Part shown: one piece after another, positions 1 to 7,032 of the stretch
Layout of the letters: each line of letters starts with the position of its first letter
Position numbering within the stretch: position 1 is the first letter of the stretch
From: an uncultured virus (IMG/VR IMGVR_UViG_2061766007_000951)
Taxonomy: Duplodnaviria > Heunggongvirae > Uroviricota > Caudoviricetes
Length of the DNA stretch: 20,000 bases
Virus record (IMG/VR): IMGVR_UViG_2061766007_000951
Strand: one strand, 5' to 3'
Position numbers and translations under genes: made by a program
The notes under the pieces: generated by a model
Databases searched by the model: none
Told to the model about the DNA's origin: nothing
Seen by the model: only the letters and a program-made list of their open reading frames with translations

Positions 1-398
1 AAAAAGGATGCTTCTTCCTGTCGCGCCTTCCAAAGCTCGCACGCAGTGTTAAAACGGTTGCGTAAAGTCTTACCGGCCTGACGCGTTGTATACTCCCATT
101 CAACAAAAAGGAAGATAGAGCTTTCTGGAACATGTGCAAAAATGCGCAGCTTTACCATTGCTTCTGCAACCTGGCGCACGTTTTCGGGGCTTTCAACCTT
201 TATAAGGCTTGCAAACTCCTCACCGTCGCCGATGTCAAAAATGCCGTCATCGTCTGCTTTTGTAGCTCCTGCAAGATATAACAATACAGGTGCGCTTTTA
301 AGTTCCGGGGCCAGCATCTTTTCTGCTCTGTTCATTGCTTTGTTTTCAAGCAGATCTGTCGGAATCTTGGCCCATGGTTTTGAATTAAAAAAACTCAT
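1..398 (-). CDS. Putative phage replication initiator (replisome-organiser N-terminal-like), partial; not in the ORF track
   Basis: ATG at 398 overlaps the upstream stop (TAATG). The frame is open to the window edge: MSFFNSKPWAKIPTDLLENK...LLYLAGATKADDDGIF...EEFASLI...VAEAMVKLRIF...FVEWEY. Pattern and position fit phage replication initiators. Confidence 0.55.
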   Translation of the reverse strand, partial: MSFFNSKPWAKIPTDLLENKAMNRAEKMLAPELKSAPVLLYLAGATKADDDGIFDIGDGEEFASLIKVESPENVRQVAEAMVKLRIFAHVPESSIFLFVEWEYTTRQAGKTLRNRFNTACELWKARQEEASF

Positions 399-1777
399 TA
401 TGCTGCCTCCTTAATCTGCTTTTTAGTTTTGCGGGGCTTCCATTTTGTCTGTGGCACTGTTTTATACCATTTTTCAAAAACGGCTTTAACTTCTGGAGTA
501 GGCAGGCAGTTTCTTCTGTCGCGTTCATCTGCATAGAACTGCCCGATTTTTCCATCGTTCTTTACCTCTGCCGTTGCAACAGGCACGCCTTCTTTTTGAA
601 TAAAGACAATAGTGCATTCGCCTTTAAGGGTTTTCTGATAATAACCGCCGGCACAGATGCACTGATGTAAAGCTTCTGCCTGACGCTTCCATTCCTCGTA
701 ATCTGTACATACGAAAATAGAATAGCCGTCTACGACATCGCTGTACTGCCCGAATTTCTTAAGAATTTTTTCAGCTTTAGGCTGGAGCTTAATAAGTTCT
801 TTTTTGAACTTTTCAGCGCGTTCAGCTTCTGCAGCAAGACGTTGAGCTTCGTATTCTGCCGCCCTTGCTTCTGCCGCTATTCGCTCTGCTTCTTCAATGC
901 GGTCAATTTCTGCCATGACAACATCATGCTTTGCAAGCAGGTCTTTTGGATGCCTCCAGTAAGGATCGTGTACATCGTGGCCGGCTCTTACAGCCATGCG
1001 GATGTAGTCTCCCCAATAATTCATTTTGGCATTAAAAGCTTTCTGCCCCTTAAAACGTGATTCAATATGAACACGAAGCTTTTTAAGATAGAGATAATCC
1101 TCATACTTCACAGCGCTTACACTTCGGCTGTTTCGATCCCATTCGCTCACATCTACCATGTACTGCAGATAGTTTTCAGGATCGTTGCTTTTGATACATT
1201 CATTAAGGTTCTTTAATGGAAGCAGGCGGTATTTTCTATTCATGTTTTTACGCATAAAAAGACAGATTTCCCGCCGGCGCTTTTCTGAATATCTCCAGAA
1301 GCGTCCATCCATTCCCACCTTTTCATAGCCTGCAGCCATTACAAGCTCTAACTGCGGATGCTTTACCCAGACCTGCAAAACTCTTATAAGATAGAGCCTG
1401 TTCCAATCGGAATGCGCAACCTTCTTCAAAAGATATTTAAAATCAGGATATACACCACAAATCAGTTCTTCATCTTGTTTTGTAAGCCTGCCGGAATAAC
1501 CGACAAAAGAAGGGCGCTGTCTTTTATTCCAGCCTTCTTCTTCTGCGATGTTATCATCATAGTAATAACCATCAATCCTAAGCCCCGGAAATGTGATTAC
1601 TACGCCACCATAAATAGATACATAAAGATTCTGGTCCCAGTATTCTTTATTATCATTTTCCTTGTAGACATCTACAGTCGAGTATTCGCCTTTTTTTGAA
1701 TATTCAGCATTTACTATCCGTGTAATATGTCCGTCCACGACTTCAAGACGGTCGGTCCATTTTGTTGGTCTATGCAT
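398..1777 (-). CDS. PcfJ-like protein
   Basis: 459 aa. The C-terminal region YWRHPKDLLAKHD...AEALHQCICAGGYYQK...TIVFIQKEGVPVATAEV...IGQFY matches the PcfJ-like pattern; it follows a PcfK-like gene. Confidence 0.8.
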   Translation of the reverse strand: MHRPTKWTDRLEVVDGHITRIVNAEYSKKGEYSTVDVYKENDNKEYWDQNLYVSIYGGVVITFPGLRIDGYYYDDNIAEEEGWNKRQRPSFVGYSGRLTKQDEELICGVYPDFKYLLKKVAHSDWNRLYLIRVLQVWVKHPQLELVMAAGYEKVGMDGRFWRYSEKRRREICLFMRKNMNRKYRLLPLKNLNECIKSNDPENYLQYMVDVSEWDRNSRSVSAVKYEDYLYLKKLRVHIESRFKGQKAFNAKMNYWGDYIRMAVRAGHDVHDPYWRHPKDLLAKHDVVMAEIDRIEEAERIAAEARAAEYEAQRLAAEAERAEKFKKELIKLQPKAEKILKKFGQYSDVVDGYSIFVCTDYEEWKRQAEALHQCICAGGYYQKTLKGECTIVFIQKEGVPVATAEVKNDGKIGQFYADERDRRNCLPTPEVKAVFEKWYKTVPQTKWKPRKTKKQIKEAA

Positions 1778-1785
1778 AGCTTCAC

Positions 1786-2559
1786 CTACTCAAAATCAAA
1801 CAACAGACCGTTGCCGTTTTCGTCATAATGGACCGGTTCAGATGCAGCTTCTTTTGGTTCTGCTTCGCGTGGATTCGAGCTTCCCTCGTTTTCGTTGTCC
1901 GCCTTTTCAGGTTCCGTTTCTGCCTTGGTTTCCACAGCCCCGCAAGATTGTGCATCTTCTTCAGTTTCCCCAAATACTTCAAAACCATATTCGTCGGTTT
2001 TGAGCCCACCCTGTTCTTCTGCCTGATTGGACATGACACTTGAGTTTTCGTTGTCGGCCTCTGTGGGTTCCGTTTCTGCCTCTGTATCATTCTGCAAGTT
2101 TTCGTTTTCAGGAGATGCTTCGCAGTCTGTTTCTGCCTCTGTTGTAGAGTTTTCGTTTTCCAGTTCTGCATCATCCGGGGTTTCTGCCTTACAGTCCTCA
2201 CATGCTTTTGAAACTTCCGGCGGAGTTTCCGCCAGCTTTGGCAATATCTCAAGATAAAAATCCCTCGCCATTTTGAAAACGACCACGTCCTCAACACAAG
2301 CTGTATTGCCTTGTCTTGGCATTGCTTTTACAGCTTCTGTAATGAAGTTCCAGCAGTCGTCTATTTTCTCCGGGCGATAAAGAGATTTAAGAGCTTCGTC
2401 TCTCTCACACTCTTCTTCAAGATATTTTTTGATAATTACTATATGCTGCGCAGTCTCGACTTTTCCGAGCCCCGCAAGATATTCTTTGTAGTTGATTTTG
2501 CTTGGCATACGACCACCTAGCTCTGCGAGCTTTGTTTTTCTTTTTCTCGTAAGTGCCAT
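1786..2559 (-). CDS. PcfK-like (AcrIIA9-related) protein with a long acidic low-complexity C-terminus
   Basis: IIKKYLEEECERDEAL...KIDDCWNFITEAVK...ACVEDVVVFKMARDFYLE is the PcfK-like pattern; typical PcfK-PcfJ gene order. Confidence 0.75.
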   Translation of the reverse strand: MALTRKRKTKLAELGGRMPSKINYKEYLAGLGKVETAQHIVIIKKYLEEECERDEALKSLYRPEKIDDCWNFITEAVKAMPRQGNTACVEDVVVFKMARDFYLEILPKLAETPPEVSKACEDCKAETPDDAELENENSTTEAETDCEASPENENLQNDTEAETEPTEADNENSSVMSNQAEEQGGLKTDEYGFEVFGETEEDAQSCGAVETKAETEPEKADNENEGSSNPREAEPKEAASEPVHYDENGNGLLFDFE

Positions 2560-2813
2560 GCGGCGGCATCTTCCTTGCCCTGAACAAACCAGCGGAAATC
2601 TTCAAGACGCTTTAAGCGTTCTTCTGCACAGATACGGTTTGCCTGATCTACTGACATGCCGATAGTTTTCTGATAAAAACCCTGTTCTGCCATTGAGTAG
2701 ACATCTACTAAAGGTTCCTTATCGCCTTCTATCGTTCTGAAAGCTTTAACAAGACGATTACAAAGGTCCTGCATTTCCTGGTAATACTGATAAACAGTCA
2801 TTGTCTTAATCAT
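2517..2813 (-). CDS. Hypothetical early phage protein (98 aa)
   Basis: The likely start is ATG 2813, coupled by ATGA to the stop of the xis-like gene (MIKTMTVYQYYQEMQ...). The ORF-track start at 3020 would overlap xis. Confidence 0.65.
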   Translation of the reverse strand: MIKTMTVYQYYQEMQDLCNRLVKAFRTIEGDKEPLVDVYSMAEQGFYQKTIGMSVDQANRICAEERLKRLEDFRWFVQGKEDAAAWHLREKEKQSSQS

Positions 2814-2998
2814 GCAGCACCTCCGCGTTTTGCTCTGCCAACTCTTTTGTGGGCTTCCAGATAAGCCTCCAAATCCTTTATTAAGTAAAGGCGCAGGCTC
2901 TTCATTTTGATGTAGGGAATGTCCGACATAAAAAGGGTAGTGCGCCCGATTCCGAGAAGCTTGCATGCTTCGTTTACTCTTACGCAGATGCGTTCCAT
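2810..2998 (-). CDS. Excisionase-like (HTH_17/MerR-type) small DNA-binding protein
   Basis: 62 aa, VRVNEACKLLGIGRTTLF...IPYIKM...RLYLIKDLEAYL; GGAGGT SD upstream; first gene of the leftward early operon. Confidence 0.8.
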   Translation of the reverse strand: MERICVRVNEACKLLGIGRTTLFMSDIPYIKMKSLRLYLIKDLEAYLEAHKRVGRAKRGGAA

Positions 2999-3021
2999 TT
3001 TGTTTACCTCCGTTCAACAAA

Positions 3022-3083
3022 ATAAAAAAGAGTGGGAACCGACATCGTCGATTTAATCCGTTGCAGAACGCTGCCGGTTCCCA
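3022..3083 (-). terminator. Intrinsic terminator-like hairpin upstream of xis
   Basis: Minus-strand stem UGGGAACCGGCAGCGUU/GACGAUGUCGGUUCCCA (3033-3083; one mismatch, two G-U pairs) followed by CUCUUUUUUAUUUU. Confidence 0.6.
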
Positions 3084-3320
3084 TAGGATTTTATATGACT
3101 AACACTTTCGGGTAGGGACCTGTAAGTGGAAAGTCCAGAAGAGAGCCCGAGGCGGCGGAGATGGTTTTGGGTCTGCCGCCCCAGGCAATAACAGCTTTTT
3201 GGTGATGAGCCAGGCCCGCTGTCATAACCTCCATACTTCTCGGAAAGAAAGACTTACGGTAATCGTCCAACTCTCAATCCAAAGCCGTCCAGCGTATTTA
3301 CACGGCATGCGTAATGGCCT

Positions 3321-3373
3321 AAAAAAAAGAGCCCGTCAAACTGCACGCTTCGAGAAATGCAATCTAACAGGCT
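3321..3373 (-). terminator. Intrinsic terminator in the early leader
   Basis: 16-bp stem AGCCUGUUAGAUUGCA/UGCAGUUUGACGGGCU, fully paired on the minus strand with four G-U pairs, followed by CUUUUUUUU. Confidence 0.75.
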
Positions 3374-3390
3374 TTATGTCAAACCGTTTG

Positions 3391-3417
3391 TCCTGTCGGG
3401 GATTTGCGGTTATAACC
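3391..3417. repeat. Copy 1 of an inverted repeat shared with the integrase upstream region
   Basis: TCCTGTCGGGG-ATT-TGCGGTTATAACC; the reverse complement of 5268-5296 is TCCTGTCGGGG-TATTA-TGCGGTTATAACC. Confidence 0.85.
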
Positions 3418-3498
3418 AGATTAAAACCTCGAAGCTTGTCATTTCTAAGCAGTTTGTCAAGAACTGCTTAGAATCTGTTAGTATACTAACAGCGATAT

Positions 3499-3576
3499 GT
3501 ACGGTTCCCGTACTTCATGATTATAGAATATTACGAAAAGCGTACATTGTCAAGAAAAAAATTACAGAAACCGTAC
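3499..3576. promoter_or_regulatory. Three putative repressor operators overlapping a leftward sigma70 promoter
   Basis: GTACGGTTCCCGTAC (3499-3513), TTACGAAAAGCGTAC (3531-3545) and TTACAGAAACCGTAC (3562-3576). Minus-strand TTGACA (3553-3548)-N17-TATTCT (3530-3525). Confidence 0.7.
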
Positions 3577-3608
3577 TTTTTTTTCGATTTAAAAGTAAGG
3601 GGTTTTAT

Positions 3609-3950
3609 ATGGCATTTATGGATAATGTAGAAAGGGAATTAGAGAGTAGGGGCATAACTCAAAAAAAGCTGGCTGAAGATCTGGGCTTAAGAAGGCCCAC
3701 TTTATCAGATTGGAAAAAGAACGGAGCAATTCCTGCCGGAGACATCTGCATAAAAATTGCAGATTATCTCGGAGTTTCTGTTGAATGGCTTATAACAGGA
3801 AAAGAAAAGGAAGGAAACGGCCTTACACCAGAAGAGCGCCATTTATTGACACTCTGGGCACACCTCACTTCTGAACAGAAAGACACAATCAGCACCCTTT
3901 TAGAAAAATGGGAAGCCGATTATGTTCAGGCAAAAAAAGAGAAAGCTTAG
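3609..3950 (+). CDS. XRE-family HTH phage repressor (CI-like, 113 aa)
   Basis: RGITQKKLAEDLGLRRPTLSDWKKNG...KIADYLGVSVEWLITG. ATG 3609 follows AAGGGG; the gene is divergent from the early operon. No S24 peptidase domain is visible. Confidence 0.85.
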   Translation: MAFMDNVERELESRGITQKKLAEDLGLRRPTLSDWKKNGAIPAGDICIKIADYLGVSVEWLITGKEKEGNGLTPEERHLLTLWAHLTSEQKDTISTLLEKWEADYVQAKKEKA

Positions 3951-5233
3951 AAAGTCTGACAATCATCACATGGAGCGGGATGTAAAACAGCCCCGAAAAT
4001 ACGCTGCTGTGCTCCCATTATAAGCTTTGCTTCTTCCATTGTCTGATGCGCTGCATAGTGTTCAAGCATAACCTGTGATTTATGGCCCGTCTGACTTTGC
4101 AGAGCCTTCTGGTTTACCTTATCGGCCATGTAGGTAGTATAAAAATGACGCCAGGCGTGAAAAGTCATTTTCTTTGCAGTTTCCTTATCCATACCGGCCT
4201 TTATAAGCGCCTGCCTGAAGTACATCAAAAAATGTTTGCCGTCTGTCGGTCTGTCGGGTTTATATCCCCAGAAAATATAACCCGCTCCGTTTGGATACGG
4301 ATTAGTCTGTGCAAGCTCGCGCAGTTTTTCTATGATATAAGGGAAGGCAACATATACAGTGCGCTCCTCGGTGTTTTTGGTACACTTAAGCCCGTCTTTT
4401 TCACTCCAGGAGTGGCGCACGTGGATGCAGTCATCTTCCAGATCATCCTTTGTAAGTGCTAAAATTTCACCGCATCGCATACCGGTACACATTGCCAGCA
4501 TGGATGCAAGGCGTGAATATTCGTTGGTCCATTCTACACGGAAAACACTGCGAGCCATTTCCATTGTAAGTATTGCCCGCTTGTGATATTCAGCCTTATA
4601 CATAACCCAGCCTTTTGAAAGGTCTCTGGGCATAAGCTCGTTATTGTATGCCCATTTTAATGGAGTAAGGACTGCGCGTAAAATATGATTTTTTGTGTTG
4701 CCGCTCAATTCCATTTTATCAAGCCGGTCAAACTGCTTTTGAATATCTGCCCGCGTTAGTTCTCCCAGCTGTTTATTCTGCAAAAGCTCGGTCCAGTGCT
4801 TTCGGATAAACTGCTCGGAATTCATTGTGTGCTTTTTGTGGACTTTCTGCCCTTTGCGAAGCTTCTCGTTTAAGTAGCGTGATTTTTCAGGATTCCAGAA
4901 ATCGCACAGCCAGTCTAAAGCCGGAACATTGAGCTTCTGTACATCCGTCAGGCAATAGCCGGAAATAAAACCTTTGCGCTGGAAATCTTCAAGGAACTGC
5001 AGGACATCTTCTTTTGTGTAGGAAGCTTTTTTGATGCTATCATAGAATGAGAGTTTTTCAATATCCTGTTCGCGGTTGTTGTACATATTCCATGCAGTAC
5101 GCACAGCTCTGTTGTAGTTTGTTTCTTTTGTGGAAAGCCAGGAAAGATATTTACCGGTGCGCTCATTTCGGAAACGCACATAATAGTAGGGCGAGTTTGC
5201 CCTCGTAGTGAGAGAGAATGGAAGTTTTTGCAT
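3947..5233 (-). CDS. int: Tyrosine recombinase / phage integrase
   Basis: 428 aa with catalytic motifs TGMRCGEILAL (R), TFHAWRH (HxxR), TGH and LEHY (Y); adjacent to the tRNA-derived att site. Confidence 0.95.
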   Translation of the reverse strand: MQKLPFSLTTRANSPYYYVRFRNERTGKYLSWLSTKETNYNRAVRTAWNMYNNREQDIEKLSFYDSIKKASYTKEDVLQFLEDFQRKGFISGYCLTDVQKLNVPALDWLCDFWNPEKSRYLNEKLRKGQKVHKKHTMNSEQFIRKHWTELLQNKQLGELTRADIQKQFDRLDKMELSGNTKNHILRAVLTPLKWAYNNELMPRDLSKGWVMYKAEYHKRAILTMEMARSVFRVEWTNEYSRLASMLAMCTGMRCGEILALTKDDLEDDCIHVRHSWSEKDGLKCTKNTEERTVYVAFPYIIEKLRELAQTNPYPNGAGYIFWGYKPDRPTDGKHFLMYFRQALIKAGMDKETAKKMTFHAWRHFYTTYMADKVNQKALQSQTGHKSQVMLEHYAAHQTMEEAKLIMGAQQRIFGAVLHPAPCDDCQTF

Positions 5234-5267
5234 TTTGCAGGTCTCCTGTGTAGTTTAGTTTTTCACA

Positions 5268-5296
5268 GGTTATAACCGCATAATACCCCGACAGGA
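5268..5296. repeat. Copy 2 of the inverted repeat, in the integrase 5' region
   Basis: GGTTATAACCGCA-TAATA-CCCCGACAGGA, the inverted match to 3391-3417. Confidence 0.85.
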
Positions 5297-5306
5297 TGTA
5301 TTTTTA

Positions 5307-5592
5307 TGTACCACTTTGTGTACCACTTTTGATTTTTGCCCCGAAATGCTGTTTTTTACAAACCCCGCACTTGAGCTAAATCCTTATAATACAACGATTT
5401 AAGTGGTCTGATGCTGGGCGGGCTCGAACCGTCTACCTGCTGCTTAGAAGAAGGTCAAAAGGTAGTTCAAAACCGTTCACATCAATTCGGAAAACCTGCT
5501 AAGTCCTTATAATATAACGATTTATGGTTCATGTCAATTTTTAACCGTTCGCAACAGTTCAATTTTTATGTACCACTTTTATGTACCACTTT
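5307..5592. other. Phage attachment site attP (core plus arm sites)
   Basis: TGTACCACTTT occurs four times (5307-5317, 5319-5329, 5569-5579, 5582-5592). A 27-bp direct repeat (5375-5401 and 5498-5524) flanks a tRNA 3' fragment. Phage genes lie on both sides. Confidence 0.85.
5409..5450 (-). tRNA. 3' half of tRNA-Arg(TCT) (attP core; a fragment, not a full tRNA)
   Basis: CTTCTAA (anticodon loop) GCAGC AGGTA GACGG TTCGAGC CCGCC CAGCATC A. No 5' anticodon stem or D arm upstream. Confidence 0.8.
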
Positions 5593-5736
5593 TTCAGGCG
5601 GCTTTATTTCTTTATCAGATTCTTTAATCACCGTAAAAGAATACTGCGACGCCAGGACACAAGATTCTTCAACACCGTAATATACAGCGATGATTTTCTT
5701 TATGTCTGCCTTATTCAGAACTATTGCCTCTTTCAT
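5566..5736 (-). CDS. Small hypothetical protein (56 aa); not in the ORF track
   Basis: ATGA-coupled to the upstream stop, with a GGAG SD. Translation: MKEAIVLNKADIKKIIAVYYGVEESCVLASQYSFTVIKESDKEIKPPEKVVHKSGT. Confidence 0.6.
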   Translation of the reverse strand: MKEAIVLNKADIKKIIAVYYGVEESCVLASQYSFTVIKESDKEIKPPEKVVHKSGT

Positions 5737-5990
5737 TTTTCAAGCTCCGCAAGACGGGTCTGCAATTCGTTGATTCTGTCGCGGGCTTCCTGACGCTGGG
5801 CTGCAAGCTCTTCATAATCATACGGATCTTCTTCGCCTTTAAGTCTTGCTTCGTAGATTTTGACAACCTTCCAGTCGCCGATAGAACTAACTGGAGAATC
5901 TAAGGCCGAGACAAGTGAACCAATCTCCTGTCGGATGCTTTCTTCTTCTTCGCGTTTTTGTTCGAGTGTTTTTTCGTTCTTTGACTTCAT
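5733..5990 (-). CDS. Small coiled-coil protein, possible tail fibre assembly chaperone (85 aa)
   Basis: GGAGGT SD before ATG 5990. GDWKVVKIYEA...PYDYEELAAQRQEARDRINEL resembles small proteins encoded near phage tail fibre genes. Confidence 0.6.
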   Translation of the reverse strand: MKSKNEKTLEQKREEEESIRQEIGSLVSALDSPVSSIGDWKVVKIYEARLKGEEDPYDYEELAAQRQEARDRINELQTRLAELEK

Positions 5991-7032
5991 TTTGTTTACC
6001 TCCAAAAAGATATTTATATAATGCATCCAGATTCCGGACGCTCTTATATGCGTTGTATTTCATAATATTTCCGCGCCAACTTTTATACTGTTCTTCTATC
6101 TGCTGTTTAGTAATCCTATGTTTATGCAGAAGTACATAAAGCTTTTTAAGTTTTCGTCTCTGGCGGACTATGGACCTGTTTACCGGAATGATTACAACCT
6201 TGCCCGTTTCGGTTAATAGATAGCGCATCTGCAGAAAGATAAAACCTTTTTCAAGCTTCATAATTTGTGTTTTTTGGGAATTGATTTTAATACCAAGATT
6301 TTGGGAAATTACCTGATATTCTTTATAAAGCTTGCGCAGAAATTCCTTGCTCTCATGGATTATATATGTATCGTCCATATATCTGCCATAATATTTACAG
6401 CCTTTTACAATCTTGCAGAAGTTATCAAGTTCTGTCGGATAAAAGATGCCGGCGGTCTGGCTCAACTGACTGCCAATGCCTACTCCCTTATCGCCTTCAA
6501 AAGTTTGTACAAGATATTCCGTAAGCTTTATGACTTTTTCATCATCTATCTTTTCTTTGATTTTCTGCAGAAGTATGTCATGCGGAATGCTGTCAAAATA
6601 TTTTGAAAAATCTATTTTAAGCACCCAGCCTTTGTTTCCGTGTTTTCTGTAATAGCGCTGCAGATGTACTTTAAGTCTTTTTCGTGAAAACTCAATGCCT
6701 TTTCCCTTTACGCTGGCTCCGTTATCATATATTAGGTTTTTGAATAATACAGGATTCAAGACATAATCGCACAAAGCTCTCTGCAGCACTCTGTCGGAAA
6801 TGTGCATTGATTTTATATGACGCGGTTTTCCCCGTTCGTTTATATCAAACTCATAAAAAGCTTTCTGTCTGTAGGTGCCGTCGAGCAAAGCTTTGCGCAG
6901 TGTATTTATGTTCTGGAGCAGGTTTGATTCATAACGCTGCACGCTTTCTTTCCAATCAACACCCTTCTTGCAGTTCATAAATGAATTGTAGAGATTATTC
7001 AAATCTGTAAGGCGGTCAAAAAGCTCTGCCAT
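5887..7032 (-). CDS. DGR reverse transcriptase
   Basis: 381 aa with ERGKPRHI, DRVLQRAL, KIDFSKYFDSIPH, GVGIGSQLSQ (DGR-type SQ motif) and YGRYMDD; lies downstream of the TR. Confidence 0.95.
   Translation of the reverse strand: MAELFDRLTDLNNLYNSFMNCKKGVDWKESVQRYESNLLQNINTLRKALLDGTYRQKAFYEFDINERGKPRHIKSMHISDRVLQRALCDYVLNPVLFKNLIYDNGASVKGKGIEFSRKRLKVHLQRYYRKHGNKGWVLKIDFSKYFDSIPHDILLQKIKEKIDDEKVIKLTEYLVQTFEGDKGVGIGSQLSQTAGIFYPTELDNFCKIVKGCKYYGRYMDDTYIIHESKEFLRKLYKEYQVISQNLGIKINSQKTQIMKLEKGFIFLQMRYLLTETGKVVIIPVNRSIVRQRRKLKKLYVLLHKHRITKQQIEEQYKSWRGNIMKYNAYKSVRNLDALYKYLFGGKQNEVKERKNTRTKTRRRRKHPTGDWFTCLGLRFSS

Noticed and set aside
3443..3473. TTCTAAGCAG in the leader palindrome equals 10 nt of the att core
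   Set aside because: The match is short, not co-linear with the other inverted repeat and has no arm sites nearby; it may be chance.
3357..3608. N-terminal extension of the repressor in the ORF track
   Set aside because: It runs through operators, the promoter and hairpins; the HTH domain and SD support a start at 3609.
5409..5450. Complete phage-encoded tRNA
   Set aside because: The 5' half is missing: upstream ACCTT cannot pair with GCAGC. It is best read as the att core.
5307..5592. CRISPR-like array
   Set aside because: The repeats are short, paired and irregularly spaced, with no unique spacers or cas genes; they fit integrase arm sites.
5887..7032. Group II intron or retron RT
   Set aside because: The SQ motif, avd gene and adenine-specific TR/VR pair indicate a DGR; no maturase/endonuclease extension or VTG motif was seen.
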